NCBI GenBank assembly: GCA_964442045.1
Contig: CAYTWI010000002.1
Location: forward strand, 26,509-90,508
Length of the DNA: 64,000 nt
Source: an uncultured Bifidobacterium sp.
GTDB lineage: Bacteria > Bacteroidota > Bacteroidia > UKL13-3
Direction of reading: 5' to 3'
A program made the translations under genes and the position numbers. The notes beneath the pieces are model-generated. The model saw only the letters and a list, made by a program, of their open reading frames with translations. It searched no databases and was not told where the DNA came from. Of the stretch, positions 9,807-20,457 are shown piece after piece. Every line of letters starts with the position of its first letter. Positions within the stretch are counted from its first letter, which is position 1.

Positions 9807-10400
9807 TCAGGCCTGAACAAGTCGCTGATGCAACTCCACCACTTGTTGAATTAAGGAATGTGCTTCATCGTTTTTAATTTCAAAATGAGCTTTCTTTAGC
9901 TTTTCTTCTTGGCTCCATTGGTTATTCATACGGGCTTCAACCTGCTCTTTTGTTATATTGTCGCGTTTAATTGTACGGCTTATCCTTAGCTCAATGGGCG
10001 CTGTTACCACAATAAATTTTTCCAGACCTTTATAACTATCCGTTTCAAACATCAAAGCAGCTTCTTTTAAAATATATGGGTGATTTTGGGTGATTTGTTC
10101 CAATACCCAATCATCAAAATCGGCAAACACTAACGGATGTACAGTTTGGTTTAACTGGCTTAAAAGGGTTTTATCGTTAAAAGCCAGTTTTGCTATATGT
10201 GCCCTGTTTAATTCACCCTGACTACTATAACTGTCGGACCCGAACAATTCGCTTACACGGCTTATAATAGCTTTGTTTGACACCATTAAGTACTTGGCTC
10301 TTTCATCGGCATTATATACAGGCACGCCCAACTCTTTAAAAATAGTAGCCACAATAGTTTTGCCACTGCCTATACTGCCCGTAATTCCAATTTTTTGCAT
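9807..10400 (-). CDS. coaE: Dephospho-CoA kinase
   Basis: IGITGSIGSGKT P-loop, YNADERAK, VHPLV; start placed at ATG 10400. Confidence 0.95.
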   Translation of the reverse strand: MQKIGITGSIGSGKTIVATIFKELGVPVYNADERAKYLMVSNKAIISRVSELFGSDSYSSQGELNRAHIAKLAFNDKTLLSQLNQTVHPLVFADFDDWVLEQITQNHPYILKEAALMFETDSYKGLEKFIVVTAPIELRISRTIKRDNITKEQVEARMNNQWSQEEKLKKAHFEIKNDEAHSLIQQVVELHQRLVQA

Positions 10401-10458
10401 ATTCAAATAAAACAAAAAAGCCAGACTTTTCAGCCTGGCTCTTTACCCAATAGGATAA

Positions 10459-10788
10459 TTATTTTTTAGCCTCTTCTTTTTTAGGAGCTGTTAAAGCAAC
10501 AGTAGCTTCCATGCTCACAGCGCTTTTGTTAATACGTAACTTGGTACCTTCGCTTTCAATTAAAAAGCTGGTTTCTGCTACTTCAATAATTTTAGCTTGT
10601 ATACCGCCTAAGGTTACAATTTTATCGCCTTTACCAATTGATTCGATTAGCTTTTTTTGCTCTTTTTGTTTTTTCATTTGCGGACGAATCATAAAAAAGT
10701 AAAAAATAGCAATCATTGGAATAAAGAATAACATTTGTGTTAATCCTCCACCTTGCGCGGGCGCTGCCTGTAATAAAATAGTATTCAT
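10459..10788 (-). CDS. yajC: Preprotein translocase subunit YajC
   Basis: IFYFFMIRPQMKKQK, KGDKIVTLGGI. Confidence 0.95.
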   Translation of the reverse strand: MNTILLQAAPAQGGGLTQMLFFIPMIAIFYFFMIRPQMKKQKEQKKLIESIGKGDKIVTLGGIQAKIIEVAETSFLIESEGTKLRINKSAVSMEATVALTAPKKEEAKK

Positions 10789-10820
10789 GTTTTTGTGTAT
10801 GTGTTTTTTTTATTTAATGT

Positions 10821-11285
10821 TTATTGGTTTTTAGGAGTTACCTCGCCTTTAATTAATAACATGGTATTAGCAGGGCTGGTATTGGCAGTAACTGTAACTG
10901 TTTTTTCTACATGGTTTGGTTTACCATCACTGTTAAAAGTTACATCTATTTCACTCATCTGGCCGGGCTGAATAGGCTCTTTAGGCCAGTTAGGCACTGT
11001 ACAACCACAGCTGGCAACAGCATTGCTGATTAACAAAGGCATTTTACCTGTGTTTTTAAATTTAAATTTATAGTTAACCAACTCTCCTTCTTGAATGGTA
11101 CCAAAATCGTATATATTCTGGTCAAATGTAATTTCGGTTAAGTTATTGTTTTGTGCATTCGGATTTTCTGCACTTGCGGGGTTGTTTACAATGTCTGTTT
11201 CAGCTTGTTTAGTAGTGTTTTCATTACCACAAGCTATGGCTGATAAAATAAGCGCTGCGATGATTATTTTTTTCATGATTATCAA
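10821..11285 (-). CDS. DUF1573 domain lipoprotein
   Basis: Lipobox-like LSAIAC; FKNTGKMPLLI...ASCGCTVP. Confidence 0.88.
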   Translation of the reverse strand: MIIMKKIIIAALILSAIACGNENTTKQAETDIVNNPASAENPNAQNNNLTEITFDQNIYDFGTIQEGELVNYKFKFKNTGKMPLLISNAVASCGCTVPNWPKEPIQPGQMSEIDVTFNSDGKPNHVEKTVTVTANTSPANTMLLIKGEVTPKNQ

Positions 11286-11323
11286 TTTTGTTTGCGTTAA
11301 TTATTAGTTTAAAGAATAAAATT

Positions 11324-12271
11324 TTATTCCATTAAGCCTCTGCCCGTTTTATTTATTTTACTGTCCTTGCGTAAATCCAATTGAATTTTATCCAATACAC
11401 CGTTCATAAAGGTGTGGCTATTAGGGCTGCTGTATAATTTGGCTATCTCTAAATACTCATTAATACTTACCTTAACAGGTATCTGACTAAAATGCAATAT
11501 TTCGCACATTGCCATTTTCATTAAAATCATATCAACAGTAGCTATACGGTCAGCATCCCAATTTTGTGTTTTAGAGCTTATTAGTTGCAATAACTCATCT
11601 TCAAACTCCAGGGTTTTATAGAACAAATCCGATACAAACTGTGTATCTTCTGACTTATCATTATAAAATCCGGCCAGTATTTCTACTTGTTTGTGAAGTT
11701 TAACTGATGACAATGTTTTTTGAAAAGCCATTACAACCATTACTTCATCATCTTCCCAGTTTAAAAACTGCTCTTCCAGTTTATGGTTAAATACTTCGCT
11801 ATCGGCTATTAAGCTTTCAATTATCTCTAACAACACTTGCTTGTCGTTAAATATGCTTTGGTTGTTTTCATCTTTGGCCGCATTTACAATAGTATCAATG
11901 GCTTTAAGCTCAGTCAATATTTGTCTGAAAAAATCACCACTTTGACTCCAGTCAATTTTTAAGGCTTTTATTTTTTCCTGTAAAATAATATCATTCTCAA
12001 AAGCACTAATAGCACTGTTGGTGTATAATGAATTCAAGAAAGCAATTTGATCTGGTTGAGGAATGTATTTGTTCTGATGAATTTCCAATTCTTTTCCGAC
12101 AAAGAATTTCAACTCAACAATAAAGGCAAGCAAATAAATGTAAACATCATATGCTTTATCTAACGATTTAACAAGATTTTTTTGAGCCACAGCTCTGCTT
12201 ATACTTTCATCTTGTTTGAAAGCGTATAAGGCTTGAAATGTTTTTATGCGTAAAAAACGTCTGAATAGCAT
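11324..12271 (-). CDS. nusB: Transcription antitermination factor NusB (long Bacteroidota form)
   Basis: RRFLRIKTFQALYA; NWDADRIATVD; IPVKVSINEYLEIAKLYS...FMNGVLD. Confidence 0.92.
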   Translation of the reverse strand: MLFRRFLRIKTFQALYAFKQDESISRAVAQKNLVKSLDKAYDVYIYLLAFIVELKFFVGKELEIHQNKYIPQPDQIAFLNSLYTNSAISAFENDIILQEKIKALKIDWSQSGDFFRQILTELKAIDTIVNAAKDENNQSIFNDKQVLLEIIESLIADSEVFNHKLEEQFLNWEDDEVMVVMAFQKTLSSVKLHKQVEILAGFYNDKSEDTQFVSDLFYKTLEFEDELLQLISSKTQNWDADRIATVDMILMKMAMCEILHFSQIPVKVSINEYLEIAKLYSSPNSHTFMNGVLDKIQLDLRKDSKINKTGRGLME

Positions 12272-12376
12272 GGCTATTATTTTTTGTATTGACTAAATTA
12301 ATTATAGAAGTTCTAAAGGCTTAGCAATACCCATTTTCAATTACCTAAAGAACGATTTTGTTTTTATTATATAATT

Positions 12377-12415
12377 AAAGCAAGTCTTATTAAAAACATA
12401 AATAAGACTTGCTTT
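12377..12415 (-). terminator. Hairpin/terminator after Leu dehydrogenase
   Basis: 15-bp arms AAAGCAAGTCTTATT / AATAAGACTTGCTTT. Confidence 0.6.
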
Positions 12416-12425
12416 TAAATACTGC

Positions 12426-13493
12426 TTAGTAAGTTGAACCTACACGCATCATATCATGAATACGTTTTTCAGCCAATTCAGTAGCTGCTTTTTGTGTATG
12501 TACTTTGTCTTTTACTGATTTTTCGAAAATAGCCAAAGTGGTATCATAAATTTTCTCCGTGTTGCTGAATGCAGTTTCGCGGTTGTAACCAATATGTTCC
12601 TGGTATACATTAATTAAACCACCTGCATTAATTAAAAAGTCAGGAGCATAAGCAATACCTTTTTCCATTAACATTGGCCCATGAATGTTTTCATCAGCCA
12701 ATTGGTTATTTGCAGCACCGGCTACTACTTTGCATTTTAACTTGTTAATATTTACCGAATCTAAAATAGCACCTAAAGCGCAAGGAGCAAAAACATCTAC
12801 ATCTAAACCATATATTTCATCACCTTTTACTACTGTAGCACCGAATTCTTTGCTATATTTTTTAAGCATTTCTTCGTTAATATCAGTAACAAATAATTTA
12901 GCACCTTCTTTATGTAAATACTCAACTAAATGTCCACCCACTTTACCTAAACCTTGTATAGCTACTTTTTTGCCTGCTAAATCATCCGTTCCAAAAGTGT
13001 GTTTAATAGCTGCTTTCATACCTACAAATACTCCGTAAGCAGTTACAGGACTTGGATCTCCTCCTCCACCCATGCTTTCAGGTAAACCTACCACATGGTC
13101 AGTTTCCATGTTTACGTATTCCATATCACGGGTAGTAGTATTTACATCTTCAGCAGTTATATATTTACCATTTAAATTTTCTACAAAACGTCCAAACTTA
13201 CGCATTAGCGCTTCTGTTTTTAACGTTTTTGCATCACCAATAATTACTGCTTTAGCTCCCCCTAAGTTTAATCCTGAAATAGAAGCTTTATAAGTCATTC
13301 CCCTGCTTAATCGCAAAACATCGTTAACAGCATCAGCTTCGCTTGTATAATTCCAAACGCGCGTTCCACCTAAACCTGGCCCTAAAACTGTATTATGAAT
13401 AGCAATAATTGCTTTTAATCCAGTGTACTCATCTTGGCAAAATACTATTTGCTCATGATCGTGTTGTTGCAATTGAGAGAAAATATCCGACAT
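12426..13493 (-). CDS. Glu/Leu/Phe/Val dehydrogenase (leucine dehydrogenase-like)
   Basis: LSRGMTYKAS, GGAKAVI, ITAEDVNT, QGLGKVG, GAANNQL, PDFLINAGG; start placed at ATG 13493. Confidence 0.93.
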   Translation of the reverse strand: MSDIFSQLQQHDHEQIVFCQDEYTGLKAIIAIHNTVLGPGLGGTRVWNYTSEADAVNDVLRLSRGMTYKASISGLNLGGAKAVIIGDAKTLKTEALMRKFGRFVENLNGKYITAEDVNTTTRDMEYVNMETDHVVGLPESMGGGGDPSPVTAYGVFVGMKAAIKHTFGTDDLAGKKVAIQGLGKVGGHLVEYLHKEGAKLFVTDINEEMLKKYSKEFGATVVKGDEIYGLDVDVFAPCALGAILDSVNINKLKCKVVAGAANNQLADENIHGPMLMEKGIAYAPDFLINAGGLINVYQEHIGYNRETAFSNTEKIYDTTLAIFEKSVKDKVHTQKAATELAEKRIHDMMRVGSTY

Positions 13494-13624
13494 GTTTAAT
13501 TGTTTTTTAAAGCGTGCAAAAGTATATTTATTTTTCACATTTCATAAAACCTTTTTGCACCAAAAAACAGAACTATTTTAAGGTTATGGAATAAAGCCTC
13601 CAAGCATTATATTCGCGCACTTTT

Positions 13625-15406
13625 ATGATTCAACAAGTATTAAAAAAACATATAGCTGCGGCCCTTTTACACCTGTATAAAATAGAAACAGATGAAAACC
13701 AATTGGTAATTGAAAATACCAAGGCGGAATTTGAGGGCGATTTTACTTTTGTTGTTTTTTCCATTTTAAAACAAACCCAAAAGGGACCAGAACAAACTGC
13801 CAATGAAATTGGTAATTATTTAAAAGAGCATTTAGCTCAATTGGAGTCATTCAATGTCATAAAAGGATTTTTAAACCTAAGCCTGAATAAAGACTTTTGG
13901 TTTGAGTTTATTGAACAAACTTACACCAATACTGCGTTTGGCTTACAACAAAACCCAACCGGTAAAAAAGTTTTAGTAGAGTATTCATCGCCCAATACCA
14001 ACAAACCGCTACATTTAGGCCATATCAGAAACAACCTGTTAGGTTATTCCGTTTCGCAAATACTAAAAGCAAACGGACACCAGGTGAATACCTGTAATTT
14101 GGTAAATGACCGCGGGATTCATATTTGTAAAAGTATGTTAGCCTGGATGCGCGAGGGAAATGGAGAAACCCCACAATCAAGCGGGATAAAAGGCGACCAT
14201 TTGGTTGGCAAATATTATGTAGCCTTCGACAAACAATATAAAAAAGAAATCGAAGAGCTAAAAGCAACAGGACTAAGCAGCGAGGAGGCAGAAAAACAAG
14301 CTCCATCTATTATAGCAGCCCAGCAATTATTACAAAAATGGGAAGCCAACGACAAAGAAACCATTGACACCTGGAAAATGATGAATGGATGGGTTTACGA
14401 AGGTTTTGATGTTACATACAAAAAACTGGGCGTTCAGTTTGATAAATACTACTACGAATCAAATACCTATATTTTAGGAAAAGACATTGTACAGGAAGGC
14501 TTACAAGCCGGTGTGTTTTTCAAAAAAGATGATGGTTCTGTTTGGATAGATTTAACTGCTGATGGATTAGACCAAAAACTATTGCTGCGTGGTGATGGTA
14601 CTTCGGTTTACATAACCCAGGATATTGGCACAGCCGAACTTAAATACCAGGATTTTCATTGCGAAAACTCAGTTTATGTAGTAGGTAACGAGCAGGATTA
14701 CCATTTTAAAGTTTTACAGTTAATCTGTAAAAAATTAAACAAGCCTTTTGCCGATGGTATCTATCACCTTAGCTACGGTATGGTTGAGTTACCCGATGGT
14801 AAAATGAAAAGCCGCGAAGGTACAGTAGTAGATGCAGACGATTTAATTGACGAAATGATTGCTACCGCCACAGAAACCACTCAAGCTTTAGGCAAAACTG
14901 ATAATATACCTGCCGGTGAATTAGAGAAACTGTATGAAACCATTGGTATGGGTGCTTTAAAATACTTTTTATTAAAAGTTGACCCGAAAAAGAAAATGAT
15001 GTTTAACCCTAAAGAATCGATAGATTTCCAGGGAAACACAGGCCCTTTTATTCAATATACCCATGCGCGTATCAAGTCCATTTTACGCAATGCCGGAAGC
15101 ATTGATTATTCAAAATTTGATATCAATAACACTACTTTAAACAAAGCCGAACGTAATTTATTATTTACAGCTTACCAATATCCACAAGCTATTGCAGATG
15201 CAGGTAAAGAAATGAGCCCGGGTATTATTTGTAATTATGCTTACGATTTAGCCAAAGCTTTCAATCATTTTTACCATGAGTGCTCCGTGTTAAAAGAAGA
15301 AAATACAGACCAGCGTAATTTCAGAATTCAACTGGTTCAATTAAGTGCTCATATTATTAAATCAAGCTTTGCTTTGTTAGGAATTGATGTGCCTGAAAAA
15401 ATGTAG
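13625..15406 (+). CDS. argS: Arginine--tRNA ligase
   Basis: VEYSSPNTNKPLHLGHIRN, GKMKSREG, GNTGPFIQYTHARI, GIDVPEKM. Confidence 0.97.
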   Translation: MIQQVLKKHIAAALLHLYKIETDENQLVIENTKAEFEGDFTFVVFSILKQTQKGPEQTANEIGNYLKEHLAQLESFNVIKGFLNLSLNKDFWFEFIEQTYTNTAFGLQQNPTGKKVLVEYSSPNTNKPLHLGHIRNNLLGYSVSQILKANGHQVNTCNLVNDRGIHICKSMLAWMREGNGETPQSSGIKGDHLVGKYYVAFDKQYKKEIEELKATGLSSEEAEKQAPSIIAAQQLLQKWEANDKETIDTWKMMNGWVYEGFDVTYKKLGVQFDKYYYESNTYILGKDIVQEGLQAGVFFKKDDGSVWIDLTADGLDQKLLLRGDGTSVYITQDIGTAELKYQDFHCENSVYVVGNEQDYHFKVLQLICKKLNKPFADGIYHLSYGMVELPDGKMKSREGTVVDADDLIDEMIATATETTQALGKTDNIPAGELEKLYETIGMGALKYFLLKVDPKKKMMFNPKESIDFQGNTGPFIQYTHARIKSILRNAGSIDYSKFDINNTTLNKAERNLLFTAYQYPQAIADAGKEMSPGIICNYAYDLAKAFNHFYHECSVLKEENTDQRNFRIQLVQLSAHIIKSSFALLGIDVPEKM

Positions 15407-15416
15407 TGAAGCAATT

Positions 15417-16688
15417 TTACTCGCTCCATTTCAAGCCTGTAGTATCTTTTGGAGTAGATAAGTACACTTCTTCATTAGCTATTAAACCATTTAAAATAAC
15501 TATGTGAGTTTCGTTGCTGGCAGCTGTTTTTACAGCTTGTTTAACAATAGAGGCGCCTTTCTTTTTGTAAACAAAACTTTTAGGCCCCTCTGCATGCACA
15601 CTTTCAATAGGTACGCTCAATACCTTTTTTAAAGTATTGGTAGAAATAGTATTAGAGGTTGTCATAGCAGGTCTTAAAGAAGTATCGGCTGTTATTACAT
15701 CAATCACCACTTCAAATACCTTGGCTTCGCTATTTGGTTTTTGCTCACCAATACTGGCAACAGATTTTACTATTCCTTTTAATTTTTTACCGGGCTGAGC
15801 ATCCAGTCCAATTTCAACCTGCTGGTTTAATTTTATTTTTTGAATATCTACTTCATTAATATAAGTAACACTTTCCATGGTACGTAAGTCAGGTAAATTA
15901 GCCACCGTTGGATCCCACGTATTAACAGTACTACCCACTATTCTCTTTTTACCATCCCATTCCTTTGCATAAATAACCATTCCGCTTTTTGGTGCTGTAA
16001 TTGTTAATTGTTCCAAAGTAGTAGTTAATTCATTTAACCTGTTTTTAGCCTTAGCTAACTCACTACCTACAATTTGCATTTTAGTTACACTTTGCTCCTT
16101 TTTGGTTTTATAGTTTTGTTTTTTCTGTTCAAGATTTCTAACCGCTTTTTCATATTCAATTTCAGCTTGTCGCAATACAGCAGGCGGCTCGTAAATAGAC
16201 TGGTCTTTGGTTAATTTTCTTTCTTCAACTGCATATTGTAAATTAATCAATTCATCGCGTGCATCGCGCATGGTTAAGGTCGTATCCAATTGTGTTTGCG
16301 TGTACTCCGATTGCTTTTTCTGAACATTTAATTGTTCATCGTTCAGCTTATTCATAACTTCTGTTTTATCTAACTCTGCTACAAATTCACCTTCTTTTAC
16401 CACTGTTCCTTCAGCTATCAAATTACTTATTTTTATTTGCCATATATTTACTTGGCGCAAACTACTTGGAGCCGAAATTTCAGTATAATTTTTAGCCCTT
16501 AATTCACCGGTATTGGTTACCGTAACATTAAAATCACCATCAGAAACTGTGGTTACAATATCATTAGTAGCGGCTTTGGCTACAAACAAAAAATAAACGG
16601 CTAGTACCACTGCTACACATGCAGCTGCTATTATTTTATTTTTATTCTTTTTCAAACCTTTATTTTGTTTAACAGTTATTATAAGCAA
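15417..16688 (-). CDS. Efflux RND/ABC periplasmic adaptor (HlyD/MacA-like membrane fusion protein)
   Basis: N-terminal TM, lipoyl-like half motifs (EGTVVKEGEFVAELD; ITAPKSGMV), long coiled coil, EVDIQKIKLNQ; true start may be TTG 16655. Confidence 0.8.
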   Translation of the reverse strand: MLIITVKQNKGLKKNKNKIIAAACVAVVLAVYFLFVAKAATNDIVTTVSDGDFNVTVTNTGELRAKNYTEISAPSSLRQVNIWQIKISNLIAEGTVVKEGEFVAELDKTEVMNKLNDEQLNVQKKQSEYTQTQLDTTLTMRDARDELINLQYAVEERKLTKDQSIYEPPAVLRQAEIEYEKAVRNLEQKKQNYKTKKEQSVTKMQIVGSELAKAKNRLNELTTTLEQLTITAPKSGMVIYAKEWDGKKRIVGSTVNTWDPTVANLPDLRTMESVTYINEVDIQKIKLNQQVEIGLDAQPGKKLKGIVKSVASIGEQKPNSEAKVFEVVIDVITADTSLRPAMTTSNTISTNTLKKVLSVPIESVHAEGPKSFVYKKKGASIVKQAVKTAASNETHIVILNGLIANEEVYLSTPKDTTGLKWSE

Positions 16689-17039
16689 ATAAACATTAAG
16701 AAATCAATAAACAAAAAACTTTACGTCATTATTGATTTTTTATTGAAGAATGGTTCGTTTCACAACAAACAAGCTACAAGTTTTATTGCTAACGATTGTT
16801 GTTAAGAAATTATTATGTCGCGATTCCCAACAAACGCAAGTGAGCTATTTATAAACGAAGGGTGCATCCAATGTGCATAAAACAAATTTCATTATCAGTA
16901 CAATAACTTAATTTTGTGTAGATACTAACACTAGTCTAACATTCATTTTATTATGTGTACAAATATTTTGTCACTTGATTCTACTTCAAATAACATTGAT
17001 TTTTGATGCTGTCACTTAATAAATAACCAATACATTTTC

Positions 17040-18611
17040 ATGGCAGAGACCACTATAAATAGGAAAAAACGCACACTAACCACCACCAGCTTTCTTGAGT
17101 CGGGTAAATTACCTCCGCAGGCAAGAGATTTAGAGGAGGCGGTTCTTGGCGCTTTGCTATTGGAAAAAGATGCCATTAATATAGTAGCGGAGGTTTTAAA
17201 AGCTGATAGTTTTTACGATCCAAAACACCAGAATATATACAATGCCATACTAACACTTTGGCAAAACGGTAGTGCTGTTGATATACTAACCGTAACCCAA
17301 CAGTTGAAAAAAGAAGGCACGCTTGATATTTCCGGTGGTGCTTATTATGTAACTTCTTTAACCAATCGGGTAGCTTCATCGGCTAATATTGAATACCATG
17401 CAAGGATTATTGCTCAAAAGTTTTTACAAAGAGAACTAATAAGAATAAGTGGCGAAATAACTACTGATGCTTTTGAAGACAGTACCGATGCTTTTGAGTT
17501 ATTAGATAAAGCCGAAAGAAAATTATTTGAAGTATCGCAAGGCAATATAAAAAAGGATTACAGGGGCATACGCAGTGTAGTAAACGATGCTATTGCCGAA
17601 ATAGATAGCTTACGTGGAAAAGAAGGTGGTTTAACCGGTATTCCATCAGGTTTCTTGCGTTTAGACAGGGTGACATCAGGATTCCAGAAATCGGATTTAG
17701 TCATTATAGCTGCAAGACCCGGTATGGGTAAAACCGCTTTTGTATTAAGTGTGGCCCGTAACGCCTGTTTATCAAACACAGAAACACCACGTGCAGTAGC
17801 GGTATTCTCTTTGGAGATGAGCTCAAGGCAATTGGTAACCCGTATGATAAGTGCGGAAGCTGAGATTGAATCAGAAAAACTAAAAAAAGGTACATTAGAA
17901 GAACACGAATGGCAACAGTTAAACACAAAAATAGCCAAGTTGAGTGATGCTCCTATATTTATTGATGATACTCCTGCTATTTCAGTATTTGAGTTACGTG
18001 CAAAATGCAGGCGACTCAAACAACAAAACAATATTCAAATGATTATTGTCGATTACCTTCAGCTAATGCGTGGCGATGATGCCAACAACAAAAACGGTAA
18101 TCGTGAGCAAGAGGTAAGTTATATATCGCGAAGTTTAAAAGCTTTAGCCAAAGAGTTAGATGTACCTGTTTTAGCCCTGGCTCAGTTAAGCCGTCAGAGT
18201 GAAAAACGCGGAGCAGGCTCAACACCTGGAACAAGTACCGGTCGCCCTATCCTATCCGATTTACGTGAATCAGGATCAATTGAGCAGGATGCCGATATGG
18301 TAATGTTTATTTACCGTCCGGATTATTACAAATTAACCGAATGGGATGACGGAACACCTTGTAAAGACGAAGCAGAAATAATGATAGCCAAACACAGGAA
18401 TGGAGAGTTGGATAACGTACGCTTACGCTTTATAGGTAAATACACTAAATTTGCTGATAAAACAGATTTCGATAATTTCTCTACACCTGATTATAACCCG
18501 GGTGGTAATAACAATGGTACCATTACCATCAGCTCAAGCATTAACTGGGACAGTGATGTAGAAGACGATTTAAATTCAAGCACTTCTTTCGACTCTGAAG
18601 CTCCATTTTAA
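17040..18611 (+). CDS. dnaB: Replicative DNA helicase
   Basis: PPQARDLEEAVLG, AARPGMGKT, FSLEMS, IVDYLQLM, LAQLSR, SDLRESGSIEQDAD. Confidence 0.98.
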   Translation: MAETTINRKKRTLTTTSFLESGKLPPQARDLEEAVLGALLLEKDAINIVAEVLKADSFYDPKHQNIYNAILTLWQNGSAVDILTVTQQLKKEGTLDISGGAYYVTSLTNRVASSANIEYHARIIAQKFLQRELIRISGEITTDAFEDSTDAFELLDKAERKLFEVSQGNIKKDYRGIRSVVNDAIAEIDSLRGKEGGLTGIPSGFLRLDRVTSGFQKSDLVIIAARPGMGKTAFVLSVARNACLSNTETPRAVAVFSLEMSSRQLVTRMISAEAEIESEKLKKGTLEEHEWQQLNTKIAKLSDAPIFIDDTPAISVFELRAKCRRLKQQNNIQMIIVDYLQLMRGDDANNKNGNREQEVSYISRSLKALAKELDVPVLALAQLSRQSEKRGAGSTPGTSTGRPILSDLRESGSIEQDADMVMFIYRPDYYKLTEWDDGTPCKDEAEIMIAKHRNGELDNVRLRFIGKYTKFADKTDFDNFSTPDYNPGGNNNGTITISSSINWDSDVEDDLNSSTSFDSEAPF

Positions 18612-18621
18612 AGTATTATAA

Positions 18622-18654
18622 TTTAGATACGAGCTTTAGTTGCTCGTATCTAAA
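18622..18654. terminator. Bidirectional terminator between dnaB and the pirin gene
   Basis: 13-bp arms TTTAGATACGAGC / GCTCGTATCTAAA between convergent genes. Confidence 0.65.
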
Positions 18655-19510
18655 ACTCTTCAATCAATACACCCATTTTACCCATTTGATAATCGCGTAT
18701 GGCCTGCATAATTTCTGTTTGATTGTTCATTACAAACGGGCCATAAGTAGCTATTGGCTCATCAATGGCTTCCATATCAAAAAACAACAAACGGGTCGGT
18801 TCATTAAACTCAATATTAACTTCAGTTGCATCTTTATCAAATACAACAAGGTGCGAACCAAATATGGGCTGCCCGTTCACTAGTATGCTATTGTCAAGGT
18901 TATAAATAGCGTGTTCCCAACCTTTATGCATTTTAAAAATATGTGAAGCTTTACCTGTGCCATGCACTTCCAACATAGTCATCGGGCTTTGCATTTCATT
19001 AAAGCCCTGTACTCCATTATAATCCCCTGCTACCACTTTTATCAATAAATTTTCCTGTTTAATAGTAGGAATAATGTCTTTGTGCAAAGCATAATATTTC
19101 GGTTGCTCCTGCTTAAATTTAGCAGGTGAGTTAATCCATATTTGAATAATTTCCTGTGTACCTCCGGTAGCAGCTAATTCCAACGAAGGGCGTTCGCTGT
19201 GTATAATTCCTTTACCTGCATTCATCCACTGCACTCCACCTGCTTCTACTATAGAGTTATTACCTCTCGAGTCCCTGTGGTTTACATCTCCATCAAAAAT
19301 AAAAGTAACAGGTGCAAAACCTGTATGCGGATGCGGCCCAACACCAACGTTACCTTGTCTTGAACCCGCAGGAATAGTTGACTGGTGATGGTGAATTAAT
19401 AACAAAGGGCCTATATTTTCTATTGATTTATTAGGCAAAGGCTGACGTAACGGATGTCCGCCCATCTCCACCCAATCTGCCGGAATTATTTGTTTAATTA
19501 TATTTTGCAT
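18650..19510 (-). CDS. Pirin family protein
   Basis: GPHPHTGF, HRDSRG, QWMNAGKGIIHSE, YGPFVMN. Confidence 0.93.
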   Translation of the reverse strand: MQNIIKQIIPADWVEMGGHPLRQPLPNKSIENIGPLLLIHHHQSTIPAGSRQGNVGVGPHPHTGFAPVTFIFDGDVNHRDSRGNNSIVEAGGVQWMNAGKGIIHSERPSLELAATGGTQEIIQIWINSPAKFKQEQPKYYALHKDIIPTIKQENLLIKVVAGDYNGVQGFNEMQSPMTMLEVHGTGKASHIFKMHKGWEHAIYNLDNSILVNGQPIFGSHLVVFDKDATEVNIEFNEPTRLLFFDMEAIDEPIATYGPFVMNNQTEIMQAIRDYQMGKMGVLIEEF

Positions 19511-19575
19511 AACACTTTATTTAGCGTTTCAAAAGTACATAAGCTTTTACAACCTAAGCATTAAACTAGTTCAAT

Positions 19576-19605
19576 AAAAAAGCCCTGTTTCTATTAAACA
19601 GGGCT
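19576..19605 (-). terminator. Intrinsic terminator after enoyl-CoA hydratase
   Basis: AGCCCTGTTT / AAACAGGGCT stem with U-tract on the minus strand. Confidence 0.65.
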
Positions 19606-19636
19606 CTTAAGTAATCTTATTAAAATCCTTATCTGT

Positions 19637-20416
19637 TTATTTACCGGTAAAAACCGGCTTACGCTTTTCAACAAAAGCTTTCATTCCTTCTTTCTGGTCT
19701 TCAGCCGCAAAACACATATAAAAGTTTTTACGCTCAAAATATAAACCTTCCTGTAATCCGCTATCAAAAGCTTTCAATACACTTTCTTTAGCCAGCCTGA
19801 TAGCAATGGGGCTTTGTAAAGTGACTTCTTTCGCCAGTTTTACGGCTTCCTCTAAATACAATTCTGTTGGTACCACCCTATTGATTAAACCTGCACTCAA
19901 TGCTTCCTCTGCGCTGATAAATTTACCCGTTAACACCATTTCCATAGCCAATGCTTTGCCAACAGCTTTGGTTAAACGCTGTGTACCACCTGCACCCGGC
20001 ATAATGCCAATTTTTATTTCAGGTTGCCCAAATTTAGCTGTTTCACTGGCCACTATCATATCGCAAGTCATGGCCAATTCGCAACCGCCACCTAAAGCAA
20101 ATCCGCTTACGGCTGCTATAATAGGCTTTTTGGTTTTACGTATCTGATCCCAGGTTTCAAACTGGTCTATTTTCAATAAATCAATGGGTGTGCGGCTTTC
20201 CATTTGCTTAATATCGGCTCCTGCTGCAAATGCCTGCTCATTACCGGCAATAACAATACAACGTACATCATCATTATCATCCAGATTGCTTAAAGCCTGC
20301 TTTAACTCAAGCATTAACTGTAAGTTCAAAGCATTTAATTCTTTTGGGCGATTTAACTGAATTAATGCAATATGTTGTGCATACTGCTCGTTTACCAATA
20401 TAAATTCAAAACTCAT
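19637..20416 (-). CDS. Enoyl-CoA hydratase (PaaF-like)
   Basis: AFAAGADIK, GFALGGGCELAM, FGQPEIKIGIMPGAGGTQRL. Confidence 0.93.
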   Translation of the reverse strand: MSFEFILVNEQYAQHIALIQLNRPKELNALNLQLMLELKQALSNLDDNDDVRCIVIAGNEQAFAAGADIKQMESRTPIDLLKIDQFETWDQIRKTKKPIIAAVSGFALGGGCELAMTCDMIVASETAKFGQPEIKIGIMPGAGGTQRLTKAVGKALAMEMVLTGKFISAEEALSAGLINRVVPTELYLEEAVKLAKEVTLQSPIAIRLAKESVLKAFDSGLQEGLYFERKNFYMCFAAEDQKEGMKAFVEKRKPVFTGK

Positions 20417-20457
20417 TGCTTATTATAAATTTTACTTTTGTTATAAATATTCTTCTT

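Noticed and set aside
18195-18260. Extra residues in DnaB (GAGSTPGTSTG) as a possible intein or repeat insertion
   Set aside because: Only a few residues, with no intein termini (C/S...HN) and no palindromic DNA; a variable loop
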